A stretch of 63,899 nucleotides of DNA, the filler included, from Octopus bimaculoides (lineage: Eukaryota): NCBI RefSeq assembly GCF_001194135.2. It is 9 parts of 9 records of this genome, joined end to end, with 100 filler letters (N's around TTAATTAATTAA, not from the genome) between each part and the next. Parts side by side here need not be neighbours in the genome. Positions count along the whole stretch, not along the records: positions 1 to 15,649 come from NC_068983.1; positions 15,750 to 19,951 come from NC_068995.1; positions 20,052 to 35,227 come from NC_068998.1; 6 more parts are not named here. One strand, written 5' to 3'. The number at the start of each line of letters is the position of its first letter. The first letter of the stretch is position 1. A program made the translations under genes and the position numbers. Positions 13,567 to 25,620 of the stretch are shown here, piece after piece. A model generated the notes under the pieces. The model made no database searches, had not been told where the DNA came from, and saw nothing but the letters and a program-made list of their open reading frames with translations.

Positions 13567-14178
13567 TATAAGTCTGTGTGTGTACATACATGTACATGCA
13601 TACACTTGTATATGTATGTACACACACACATTCGTATGCACATATGAACAGACACAAATATGTGATGTAATAATTAATCTAACCATTAATGCCTACATCG
13701 CTTCCACTTCTTACAACTGTAAGTAAAGATTATATAATTATTTTCATACTTTCAATAATCATAATATGCCTGAAATTACATCACTCGGGGAGAACATGGG
13801 TATTAAAAGAAATTAGATTCCAAGTTACCTGAAGCATAAAAAATATATATTACCTATTGAAATGACAAGTCTGGGCGAACATATTGCGTCGCTGAATTAC
13901 TGGAAATGCTTAAATGTTAAGTTAATATCCTTAACAAGACTAATGAACATGGAGCAAAATGCTCATATTGCATTAGAGACACATTTTCATACAGCCAGTT
14001 ATCTAATAGGCTTGGAATACTACTGCTTATCTTTAACTATTTAGCTAGCATTTAATCATATACTGCAATTATGTTAAGTATACTCGTCTCAACTAAATAT
14101 TTGTTCAAATAACTAAATGTTGTTTAAGTGATCTGTTACATTCTGTTATCGGCCTCATTTTTACGCATTCTCATTAAA

Positions 14179-15317
14179 CGAGGTGGTATTAAAAATTTCA
14201 CGATTAGTTCTGTAATGCAACAACTGATGGTGGCACACGGTTCGGTGCGCAGTGAGAGCTAGTAGTTACCTTTATGAGGCAGTGTTACCTTCATGGGGCA
14301 TAGGCGCTTCAAAAGCGGAAGATGTCCCTGGATGACGATGAAAGTTCTGCGGGACAATGAGCGTCCTGAAAGATCTGCCACTATCATCAGTCCCGGCAAT
14401 ATGGCAACAATGCATCAGCTTGTACGTGAGGATTGTAGCAAGAGAATCAACGACTTTGTTTATGATAATGGTATGTCATATGGGCCCGTGCAAACATTCT
14501 CAAAGTCTAAATTGAACATGGTGCGTGTCCCTGCCACGTTTGCCTCCCGTCCCGTGACTACTGAGCACAAAGAACATCACGTCGAATCTATCAAGAAATA
14601 CACCAGCACGCCGCTGATAACCTGACTTCATGTAGAAGCCCATCACTGGTGACGAAAGCTGGATCTACGGGTACAGCACTGAGACGAAGCAGGTATCGTC
14701 ACAATGGAAGAGGCTTTCATCTGCTAGGCCGAAGAAGGTACAACTGAACCGCAGCTCAATCAAAAGCATGCTTCCCATTTTGTTTCGATATCTGCGGTAT
14801 TGTGCCTCGAAAATTCGATCCCTAAGCCCAGACCGTCAGTTGAGAGTTCTTTTGCAACGTTTTAAAATGTTTGAGGTAAGACATTCGGCAAATGCAACCG
14901 TATGTGTGGAGTGCGAAGAAGTGAATTCTTCCCGGTGACAACACACTGTGATAATGAGATAACGCACTGTGATAATGGGATCTCCTTACTCGTGAGTTAT
15001 TTGCCAAAAGTTAAATGGTATTGTTAACGCATCCGGCCTATTCGCCAGATTTAGTACCTTCACACTTCCGTCTCTTCCTGAAGCTCAACGGTCCCCGGTT
15101 TAACACCACTGTCAAGATCAAAAGCGAATCGCACAACATCCTCGACTTGCTTACCGAAAACGACTTCCAGGCCAGATTCAAAGAGTGGCAGAAACGCTAG
15201 GAACCCATACTTCGCTGGGCAAAGTAACTATGTCGACATAGATGATGTTAAAACTTCAGCAAATAAGTCATCTTTTATTAATCATAACTAGTCCTGGAGC
15301 TCTTTTATACCAACTCG
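14179..15317 (+). mobile_element. Mariner (DD34D) transposon, near full length, inactivated
   Basis: Imperfect TIRs cgaggtggtattaaaaa.../...ttttataccaactcg are followed by TA. Transposase remnants are HRRFKSGR...DNERPERS (HTH), ITGDESWIYGY (first D), FDICGIV...ILPGDN (second D region) and HPAYSPDLVPSHF (third D region, D to H). There are multiple stops and frameshifts. Confidence 0.92.
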
Positions 15318-15439
15318 TATTTGAATGCAATCTTTATTTGCAAGAAATAGAATGAAACTAGTTTGATAATCTGCTCTTTGACTACCTAACCCGTACTCGT
15401 TTGTCAACACCATCTATATATTTTTAAACCCTATACACG

Positions 15440-16339
15440 TGCGTGTGTGAGTGTGCGTGTGTGTATGTGTGCATATACATGTGTATTTTATGTACACAGA
15501 CAGGCATGCGCGTATATATGTTTGTGTGTGTATGTGTGTATATCTGCATGTATATACATATATATATATATATGTATATATATAGTTGTATGTTTGCATA
15601 GTTTTATATGTGTGTGTGTGTGTCTCTGTGTGTGTGTGTGTGTGTATGTNNNNNNNNNNNNNNNNNNNNNNNNNNNNNNNNNNNNNNNNNNNNTTAATTA
15701 ATTAANNNNNNNNNNNNNNNNNNNNNNNNNNNNNNNNNNNNNNNNNNNNCCCACACACACACATAAAGACACATCCTTGCACCCCCCACACACGTACACA
15801 CACACACAATTTCTTCCTCTCTCCACTTCTTGATATACACCCCCACCTTACCCTCTCCGACTCCATACTCACTCCCACCAGATTATTTGCATTGCATATT
15901 TGTTATTAATTACTACTTTATGTTTGAAATCATAATAATGTTCTGTGGTAATTACTACTTAGGATAACAGCATCGGCAACAACAACAACAACAACAACAA
16001 CAACCACTACAACAATAATTTGTTTCTTTATTTGAGCATTTATGCTTTTCTTGCTAATCCTTCTTCCCCACCTCTCAACTGTCCGAGTCCCACTGATTTG
16101 TTATATCCATATTTAGATTGACAGTGCTTGTTTGAGTGAATGTGTGTGCACGTGTGTGTGTGTGTATGTATATGTTTATGTATATACATATATATATGTG
16201 TATATTTATATATGCGTAGATATGTATATATCTATATATATGTATATATCTATATATATGTATATATCTATATATATGTATATATATGTGTATATATATA
16301 TGTATGTGTATATATATACATATGTATGTATATATATAC

Positions 16340-16432
<93 letters not shown>

Positions 16433-16702
16433 CATATATATAGTTGAGTTTTACAGAAAAACAAAAGACGAAGACAGGTGAATAAATAACAAGCAGGTGT
16501 ATTAGTTTGATGCTCAGGAAAGTGAGAAAGTCTTTTACGTTTCGAGCCTATGCTCTTCAACAGAAAGGAACCCGAGGACATAAACTGAGAGAATTAAAAA
16601 AAACTTGTGGATGTAGTAGTAAATCATGGCATATATGTGTAGATATATATGTGTATATTTGTTCATACGTTGTGTATATTTATACATGTGTGTATATTTA
16701 TT

Positions 16703-16749
<47 letters not shown>

Positions 16750-16955
16750 GTGTATATGTATATATATGTATATATATATATGTATGTATGTATATATATG
16801 TATATATATATATATGTGTATATATAGACGATAAGAAAATGGAGGAAGAATAACAATAAGAAGTGTGTCTTTTGCGCTAGGAAGCTATTATTTAATTAGC
16901 TAAGAAAGGTTAGAGTAAAAATGTGTATATATATGTGTGTGTGTATGTGTGTATA

Positions 16956-16995
<40 letters not shown>

Positions 16996-17009
16996 ATACA
17001 AATATACTA

Positions 17010-17042
<33 letters not shown>

Positions 17043-17293
17043 CACACACACACATGCATGCTCCCATACATACACATACATAATCTTCATATGCACACAC
17101 ACACACACACTTGTACACACTCATTTGCCCATACACACACATACACATGCGCACATTATCTTCACATTCACACGCTTGCGCTCATACACACTTTTACCAA
17201 GTCACTGTTGTCCTTGCTACCTCTGTCTCCAACCACTTCTTTCCTTCCGGTGTATTCAACATGTGCAACAGGTTTTTCTCCTCTCTCTTTCTT

Positions 17294-17355
<62 letters not shown>
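15440..17355. repeat. Dense compound microsatellite region (TA/TG/CA/CT)
   Basis: Directly visible runs at 15440-15650, 16140-16445, 16630-17150 and 17280-17355. Confidence 0.95.
15650..15749. other. Assembly scaffolding spacer (N44-TTAATTAATTAA-N44); eight such spacers in the window
   Basis: The same 12-mer sits inside N runs at 15694, 19996, 35272, 38239, 48556, 57002, 60527 and 62231. It places stops in all six frames. Confidence 0.9.
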
Positions 17356-17357
<2 letters not shown>

Positions 17358-17529
17358 TTCTTTTCTTCTCTCCATCTGTTTTCTTTCTTCATTCCTTCCT
17401 GTACAAGAGCATAGGCTTGAAACATCAAAGACTTTTTTTGCTTTTACTTGAGAGTCAAACCAATACACCTTATTCGTTGTTCTCTCACCTGTGTCTATCT
17501 TTTTTGCTTTTTGTGTAATTTTGAACAAT

Positions 17530-17765
17530 ATATATATATATATATATACCCGAGTAAGCACATAAATACAAAGTAAGGTGGAAAAAATAGTACTCGAACA
17601 CCAAAGGTAGAGTAATATGCTTTTATTAAAACTGAAAAAATCTTAACAAACTGTTACTCAGAGTCTCACATGGTCATTGGACATTAATGATTACAACTGT
17701 CCAACAAACAGGAACATGAAAGTGAGTAACATTGTTTTTGCAGCTTTAATAAAAGCATATGTAAG

Positions 17766-17806
<41 letters not shown>

Positions 17807-17950
17807 ATTATTCAAAGTTTACGTTATTATATATCCATTATGGCTGGTCTCACCAATCAGTTTCACACTAGTAGCTCAATGGAGTGTTAGGTAACAGTCC
17901 GGTTATGTAATCCTGTGCTCTTCAGAGGTAGCCATTATGGAATGAAATAT
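17530..17950. mobile_element. Non-autonomous repeat with internal inverted repeat and degenerate hammerhead-like motif (probably Penelope-like LTR derivative)
   Basis: Inverted repeat atatgcttttattaaaactg (~17615) / cagctttaataaaagcatat (~17741), 1 mismatch. The minus strand has CTGAAGA-GCAC...GTGT-GAAA-C..GT at ~17845-17930. Confidence 0.45.
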
Positions 17951-18178
17951 GATGATTTGCTTGATACTGATGGGGTTGGGATATTCTTTGTTGAATATCT
18001 TAGGTCATACAATTCCATTGTAATAAATGTATAATATGTGGTGAGTCTTTGGTGACTGTGTAGAGTGCACCACCAAGAAATGCAGGTATATGGCACGAGA
18101 TGCAATATGCAACCTATTGCAGTATACTTTGCTGTATGTAGAAGTGTGTGTAGGCCACCTTCTTTTTCTTACAACCAC

Positions 18179-18232
<54 letters not shown>

Positions 18233-18290
18233 TACATACATATATGTATGCATATATATACATATACATATATGTATATATATATACATA

Positions 18291-18534
18291 ACTCAGTGGT
18301 TAGAGCGTCCAGCTTACGATCGAGAGGTTGTGAGTTCGAATCCTGGACCAGGCTGCGTGTTGTGCTCTTGAACAAGACACTTCTGAGTGCAAAATTCTGC
18401 CGAGGTTGACTTTGCATTTCATCCTTTCTGGGCCGATAAATTAAGTTCCTGTTGCGTACTGGAGTTGATCTTATCGACTGGCCTCTTCCCACAAAATTCT
18501 GGGCCTTGTGCTTAGAGTAGAAAAAAAAAAAAAA
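18291..18534 (+). mobile_element. Chimeric SINE: family D tRNA head fused to family A body, A-tail
   Basis: actcagtggttagagcg...gagttcgaatcc...cttgaacaagacactt joins at ~18381 to ttctgagtgcaaaattctgccgaggttgactttgc... and ends in poly(A). Confidence 0.8.
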
Positions 18535-18717
18535 TTCATACACTATGATGTGTGTGCATGCGTGTGTGTGTGTGTATTTGCAATGTATATTGTACATAAA
18601 GATTTGTGCATGTCTGCAATATAGATTGAAAATAAGGACGTGTGTGTGTGTGTATACCTGTAGCATTTATGGTACGTAATGATTTGTGTGTGCCTGGTGT
18701 GTATAATTTGCATAAAA

Positions 18718-18756
<39 letters not shown>

Positions 18757-18911
18757 GCCAGTATTATGTCTTGGAGGTTGATACAAAAGAACTGTAATAA
18801 ACTGGTCTGTGAATAAAGAATGACAATAATCTTTTGTTCCTCCCTGAAATGGACGAGGGAGAGAAATGGGTCAAGCATTCAATTTATACTTGCGTACTTG
18901 TGTGTGTATTC

Positions 18912-18944
<33 letters not shown>

Positions 18945-19129
18945 TGTGTGCATATATGTGTATGCATATCTATTAATCTATCTTTCTATCTATGTATTTG
19001 TGTATATGTATGTATATATATATATATATATACATATATATATACATATATGTGTACACACAAACATATACACACCTATGTACAATAGGTGCAGGTGTGG
19101 CTGTGTGGTTAAGAAGCTGGATTCCCTAC

Positions 19130-19275
19130 CACATCGAAAAGTACCTTAGGAATGAGAACCCAGGTTCGAAATTTGCCCAAGACACCTGACGAAGGCTGGA
19201 GAGTATAACAGCCGAAATGTTGTGTTAACAACAAACAAGATGAGGACAAATATCTGTCAAATGTAAATAATGTTT
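19130..19275 (+). mobile_element. Short repeat carrying a minimal hammerhead motif (19181-19226)
   Basis: GACAC-CTGACGA-a-GGCTG gagagtataa CAGCC-GAAA-TG-TT-GTGTT. Stem I is GACAC/GTGTT and stem II is 5 bp. Helix III is a decayed AACGTT-type palindrome (AATGTT). Confidence 0.6.
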
Positions 19276-19284
19276 ATCTACACT

Positions 19285-19620
19285 TGTACTTTAATGTACT
19301 TCATTTTTACCCCTGAATCTAAGGCATCAGCACTCGTATTTTGGGCCCTTCACTTTGTTATTTTAGAAATTACAGAAGTCCGGATACGCGTTATGGATCT
19401 TCAGGGTACTCTAATATATCTGAAACCACTGAAATCTAAAGTACATCAATATTTGTACTTCAGGGGCCTTCATTCTGACATCTAAGAAAATTTCGAGGCA
19501 AGGATGCAGCACTGGTTCTTCAGGATCCTTCACTTTGATATTTCGAGAACTACAGGCGATAGGATACATTATGGTTTCTGTGTTCTTCACTTTGATTTCT
19601 CCTGCGCCAACGATACAAGG
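19285..19620. repeat. Degenerate ~60-bp tandem repeat (~6 units)
   Basis: The anchor cttca(c/t)t recurs at ~19299, 19348, 19468, 19528 and 19585. cttcagg recurs at 19399, 19458 and 19518. Confidence 0.7.
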
Positions 19621-19822
19621 AAATTGGATCAATAATAGTCATATGTCACTGTCTGTCTTCCCATCTGTTCTGATAGATCAGACGATACAGAAACTGCCAG
19701 ATCAATACTTATCAGCCATAATTTAACTAAGCAAAATCAAAAATAATTTATTTTGTTCTATTTGTATTGCTAATTTTGTTTTTAGTTTTTCCAAAAGATT
19801 TTTTCTTTTAGACAGAGATATA

Positions 19823-19900
<78 letters not shown>

Positions 19901-20051
19901 GTATAGACATACATATACATATATACATATACATATATATACATATATATANNNNNNNNNNNNNNNNNNNNNNNNNNNNNNNNNNNNNNNNNNNNTTAAT
20001 TAATTAANNNNNNNNNNNNNNNNNNNNNNNNNNNNNNNNNNNNNNNNNNNN

Positions 20052-20090
<39 letters not shown>

Positions 20091-20119
20091 AGTTTGTGTG
20101 TTTGTGTGTATGTGCGCAT

Positions 20120-20216
20120 GTCTCGATAACTCAGAGGGTAGTACAGCGGTGGACTGTACCCTTACTTTAAACGTTTGACGTTCGTAGGCCAGTAGTTCGG
20201 ATCTTCTAGCGAGAAT
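20120..20216 (+). pseudogene. tRNA-Tyr-GTA: Intron-containing tRNA-Tyr(GTA) pseudogene
   Basis: gtctcga-ta-actcagagggtag(tac)agcggtggact-GTA(20156-20158)-~20-nt insert-ttcgtaggccagtagttcggatcttct-agcgaga. It matches the eukaryotic tRNA-Tyr pattern (..TCGATAGCTCAG..GGTAGAGCGGTGGACTGTA/intron/ATCCATAGGTCGCTGGTTC..). Acceptor TCTCG/CGAGA and the T arm still pair, but the D arm has an insertion and there is no T-run terminator. Confidence 0.7.
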
Positions 20217-20384
20217 CGCTCTCTTTCTGCATGAATGGATGGATGGATGGATGGAGGGAGGGAGGGATGTTTTCATTTTTTTCTCTTCTTTCAGTCATTA
20301 GACAGCGGTCATGATGTGACACCGCCTTCATGGAGGGTGAATCAACTATGAATTAAGGCTGAGGAGAAACTGCTACGAAGGTGT

Positions 20385-20570
20385 GTGAGCTAGCGGTTAC
20401 TGGGTTGCATTCACGAACTTTAGATCGTAGTTTCGATACCGGAATGGACAGTACGTTGTGGTCTTGAACAAAATACATTTTGTGCTGTTCGGTTATAAAT
20501 GCGTTCCGGCAACAACTAGGAAATTAACCCTGCTATGGACCGGTATCCAATTAGGCTAGTGGGTGCCAGA
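20385..20570 (+). mobile_element. Old tRNA-derived SINE, possibly V-domain type
   Basis: B-box-like gtagtttcgatacc, then cgttgtggtcttgaacaaaa and aaccctgctatggaccggtatcc, which resembles the V-SINE core ccctgcgatggactgg as I recall it. Confidence 0.45.
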
Positions 20571-21447
20571 GTAGAAGGTATTTCAATCACGGTCACTTAC
20601 TTACACGTCATGGCCACATGGAGACCAGTTAAGCTCCGGATTTGTGAGTCCTAGACAACATGACATACCGTAAAAATGCCGAATTTGCGAAACGAACTTC
20701 TCAACTACAATTCTATGCGCTCACTTAAAGAAATGAAAATATTAAATTACACAGAAACAGGCAGGCAATGAAGAAGTTATAAGATTATATGCTGTGATGT
20801 GGTTCAAGAAAATGAATACATACATTTTCACAAAGTATTATGGATTGTGTAGTAAGATGAAGAGGGTGAAGAATTTGGAGAAAAGTCAAGAAAGAACTTG
20901 GAAAAGGAAACGATAATAGACAATTGCATTACTCTCTCTATGACGAGACGAAAAGACTGACTTGTGTTGGCAACATTTGTAAATTACTAATCTTTCAAAA
21001 TACATTTTAGTCTAAATGTAATCAAGTATGACAGTGATTATCTAATGAATTAATTGTTTTCATAAATTTTAATCAGTATTTGTAACTAGCAATGGCAGGT
21101 GAATGCAATTGAGACAATATGGCACTATGATAGCAATTATATAGGAACGATTGCCACGTGATATGATATTTAGCTGCAGGTCTGATGTGATTGAAAAAAA
21201 ACCCATGAAAAGATTTATGATCGTTGTAGTCCAGCCACGAACAGGGTTTTAAATCTGTCGCTTTTATCTTTTACTTTTATATCATGTTGCTCCAGTATGG
21301 TCATTGGAACATTGACCATGCTGGAGCAACACCTTGAATGGCTTTAGTCGAACAAATCCACAATAGTACATATTTTAAAGTTTGGACGATTTCTGTCAAT
21401 GTTGCGAACAGTGAACAAATCAACAACAGTCGTCAAGCGATAGGCTG

Positions 21448-21491
<44 letters not shown>

Positions 21492-21579
21492 ATATGCATA
21501 TATACATACGTATATGTACATACTTACATCTATACGTATATATATATATATNNNNNNNNNNNNNNNNTATATATACACC

Positions 21580-21745
21580 ACATGACGTCTTCTACACAGA
21601 TCCGTCTAGTAAATTCACTCACAAGGCAAGGATTGATATGGAACGGTAGTAGAAGACACTTGCCCAAGATGCTGCGTAGGGGGACTGAACCTGAAACCAC
21701 ATGGCTGCAAAGCACCTTTCTTAACCAACCACCCATGTCCGCGCT
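21580..21745 (-). mobile_element. SINE family B (CORE-like), 5' half
   Basis: agtagaagacacttgcccaag...gggactgaacc...accacatgg is the reverse complement of the family B head seen at 35894. Confidence 0.8.
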
Positions 21746-22929
21746 TGTAGCTTTTTTTGTTTTTATTTTTTGCTTTGTCTTTCATTGGGGTGTAGCACAC
21801 CCAGAACCATATGATCCAATGAGTCCTTTTCTAGTCCATTGTTTTTACCTAATACTGCAAATCTTCGAAAAGATTTGTCTGCTATTTCTAACAGTTTATA
21901 AATGACCCTTCTTGCCTCGGATCGGTTGAAATCAGTTGTAGGTGTTACGTCAGAGTCGAAAAATGTAATACTTTGAAAGGTTAAATCGTACAGACATAAT
22001 TTAACGAAACCAGGGACAACTAATGCATTACATACCTGTATAACCTCGTTCAGTTTTGGATAGGTTGACTCTAAATCAATGACGGGTTTTGAAAGATCTA
22101 TATATAGATACTACATACATGCCATTACTTATTTGTAACTTACAGCCTTCAATTCAAGATTACTTTTAAATTGCGTGACTCATGTAATTTGAGGATATTA
22201 TTTGTTTGCCTTTTCCCCAATACTTCCCTTATTATTGCTATCTAATTTGATTCCGCATTCCTTTTTTTTTTTTTTTTCCTAAGTCGTTGTCAAATAAATC
22301 TTAGCAATGCCTTCATTGATTCTTGATTCTGCGATGCACAGAACATCTCCGCTTATCTGGAGCTGAATTCTGCCCGCAGAAGAAATATTACAATATAAAT
22401 ATATAGAAACTTTCGGTACAATTTCTGAGCAATTAATTGAACTTCCAATTGATTTTTCAACCAATTAATACTTACCAACACCGCTTCAAGCATTCTTGCA
22501 TGCACATTTATGAGTCATTCGTTTCGATCTGAATGGGTCAATCATGCTATGTAGCGTTCATGGTTTCCCTCATTCAAATGCCTTCTTTTCATTCACAAAA
22601 TAAAATCGCTTGTCTTGCCTTTAGTAGTATTGACATCGCTACATTTATTTCCTTCTACCAAACTAAATTGTATATTATTTACTACCTTTCTATGCAGCAA
22701 TATTTGTTAACACATTCATTATAGTGTTATCTATCAATACATCTTTATCTTTCCGCAATTCCATACAGAAGTACCGAGTCGCAAACAAAAGAAGGTAGCA
22801 ATGATGTTTTCTCTGACGTCACCAGGAATTCACAAGGTTCAGAGTAAGCTTATCTTATACTTGCTAGTTTACATATAATGAAAAAGAAAAACAAAAAAGG
22901 CATCGGAGGGGCGATGCGTACCCTGTGTG

Positions 22930-23167
22930 CACACATGCACAAACACGTACGCATGTATACACACATACCCTCATGCACATACCCTCATGCACACACACAC
23001 ACACACACACACATACACACACAAACACACACAAACACACACAAACACACACACACAGATATATCATATATATACTGTATATATATACATACACATATAT
23101 ATAGATATATATATGCATATATATACACACACATATATACATAAATGTATATACATATATATGTGTG

Positions 23168-23203
<36 letters not shown>

Positions 23204-23247
23204 TTTATATATATATGCATGTATATATATTCATGCACACACACACG

Positions 23248-23300
<53 letters not shown>
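22930..23300. repeat. Compound (CA)/(TA) microsatellite
   Basis: Directly visible. Confidence 0.95.
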
Positions 23301-23302
<2 letters not shown>

Positions 23303-23402
23303 TTATGACGGGCTTCCGCACGTTCCCGTCTCCAGATTCACTCACATCGTATTGGTCGACGAGGGGATATAGTAGAAGCCACTTTTCTCAAGTGCCATGC
23401 AC
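23303..23402 (-). mobile_element. SINE family B fragment
   Basis: atgacgggcttc...tccagattcactcaca...atagtagaagccac. Confidence 0.7.
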
Positions 23403-24237
23403 TTAGACTGAACAAAGTTGTTAAGCGAGTTTCTTAATGCACAAAAGCTTCTCAAATCCCGAGCTTGATTGCTACTTTTCATTTCTCCACATTCACTAAA
23501 ATAACATACAGGAACGTATTCAAAGAACTTTACCCTCCAGCTTCTAAACAACGACATTATGCTATGCAAATAATCAAAAGCAATGAGTATTAGATATGAC
23601 GAGGGAATATAACGAGAACGAAAGATCTATCGATGTTGAAATCAAATGGTTATTAAATCAAATTTAGTTCCTTGAATTTTTCTGAGGTAAAACTCCACAA
23701 GCATGAACTTTGTCTTTTATGAATCACAGTGGAATTACTTCAGACAGGATCCCGATCAAAATCACCAGCTCTAACTAAACTAAATCAATATTCTCGATGC
23801 TTTCAATATAATCAACCTTACTGACATGCGATTTGAGATCTTAAAATTGTTTTCGTTTCCTTAGAAACCCTAATTATGAACAAGAACATTTACGATGTAT
23901 TCTCCTTGGCTAGATTATGCATAAAGCCAGGTCGTTTTCTTATTTAAACCAATATATCATTTCGTATTCCTTATATAGTTTTGTCAATTACGTTCTAACA
24001 GTAATGTTCACGAGAATAATTCCGTTGGACATTTCTTTTTCATTTGTGTATATATGAACACATATTACACACATAAAGCCCTCGACTTACTTTTGCTATC
24101 CAAAGAGTTTTTTAACCCAATACCTGCAGTTATATCTTTATATCTTTTTGGAGTTCTAGCGTTAAAAACGAATTATTTCAGACCTTTTGAAATTTCCAAA
24201 TTCGTATGACGTAAACAATATACATACGTACATACAT

Positions 24238-24271
<34 letters not shown>

Positions 24272-24611
24272 GCATACATACATATATACATANNNNNNNN
24301 NNNNNNNNNNNNNNNNNNNNNNNNNNNNNNNNNNNNNNNNNNNNNNNNNNNNNNNNNNNNNNNNNNNNNNNNNNNNNNNNNNNNNNNNNNNNNNNNNNNN
24401 NNNNNNNNNNNNNNNNNNNNNNNNNNNNNNNNNNNNNNNNNNNNNNNNNNNNNNNNNNNNNNNNNNNNNNNNNNNNNNNNNNNNNNNNNNNNNNNNNNNN
24501 NNNNNNNNNNNNNNNNNNNNNNNNNNNNNNNNNNNNNNNNNNNNNNNNNNNNNNNNNNNNNNNNNNNNNNNNNNNNNNNNNNNNNNNNNNNNNNNNNNNN
24601 NNNNNNNNNNN

Positions 24612-24659
<48 letters not shown>

Positions 24660-24845
24660 TTTGTCCCCCATCATCATTTGACAACTGATGTTGATGTATT
24701 TACGTCCCCGTAACTTAATGGTTCGATGAAAAGTGATCGATAGAATAGGTACTAAGTTTACAAAGAATAAGTCCTGTGGTTGATTCATTCGACCAAAACC
24801 CTTTAAGGCGGTGCTCCACCATTGCCGCAACCAAATTGAATTCAG
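24612..24845 (+). mobile_element. SINE family B, 3' half (after gap)
   Basis: (tg)n-ttgtcccc...tttacgtccccgtaactta...gatagaataggtact...aaggcggtgctcca. Confidence 0.85.
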
Positions 24846-24994
24846 GCCATAGTCATAGTATCTTTTATCACAGAAAAATGCTGACCTGTTGCTCAACAAC
24901 TTCAGCAGAAGTGATTTCATGACCAGTCGTACCGTTGAGAGAAGATTGAAAACCAGAACAAAATAGTCTCTATTTTATGCAATCTTCAAAATAA

Positions 24995-25620
24995 TGCTGT
25001 CACTTTTGATTACAGATCAGTAATGACCTGGACCTCAACAATAACAACAACAACGACGACGATGACAGTGGCAATTTAATCACTCATCGTATCGTTTCAG
25101 GAGGACTGGAAGTCGAGAAAAAAATTCATGTTCCTTGCAGAAGTCACAATTGTAGCATCTTTGATTACAGATCAGCGTTCATTAGGTGCTCACCTATATC
25201 AAAACAGCGACTACGACGGCAATGGACATTTCATTACCAGTCGTCATATGGTTCAGGGAAACGACAGTATTTAGTCACGGGTGGAACGTCTTTGATCACA
25301 GACCAGCAGTGAGCAAGAGTTCAACTACATCAAAATAGTAAGAACAGTAACAAGAACAGTGACAACAGCAACAACAATAACAACAAGGTCAATTTCATTA
25401 CGAGTTGTATAGTTAAAAGACGATTGAAGCCCAATAAAAGAATTCGTTATATTGTGTATAATAGTCACAGCTGTAACATTTTTACTTACAAATCAACGTT
25501 GACCTGAACTTCAACACCACCATCAATAACGACAATAACAGGCGAAATTTCATTACCAATGGTATAGTTGAAGGACAATTGAAGCCTAAGAAAGCATTCA
25601 TTCTCTTCTATTCTAAAACT
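24995..25620. repeat. Diverged tandem repeat, 4 units of ~130-190 bp with internal (CAA/GAC)n
   Basis: tttgattacagatcag-like anchors at ~25005, 25160, 25290 and 25480. Each is followed by a caa-rich tract and an atttcattac motif. Confidence 0.75.

Noticed and set aside
22262-22480. Strong polypyrimidine tract plus AG resembling a splice acceptor
   Set aside because: All three frames stop within about 45 nt, and no donor or homology is evident.
24995-25620. CRISPR-like repeat/spacer appearance
   Set aside because: Eukaryotic context, repeats long and diverged, spacers homologous to one another, and no cas genes.
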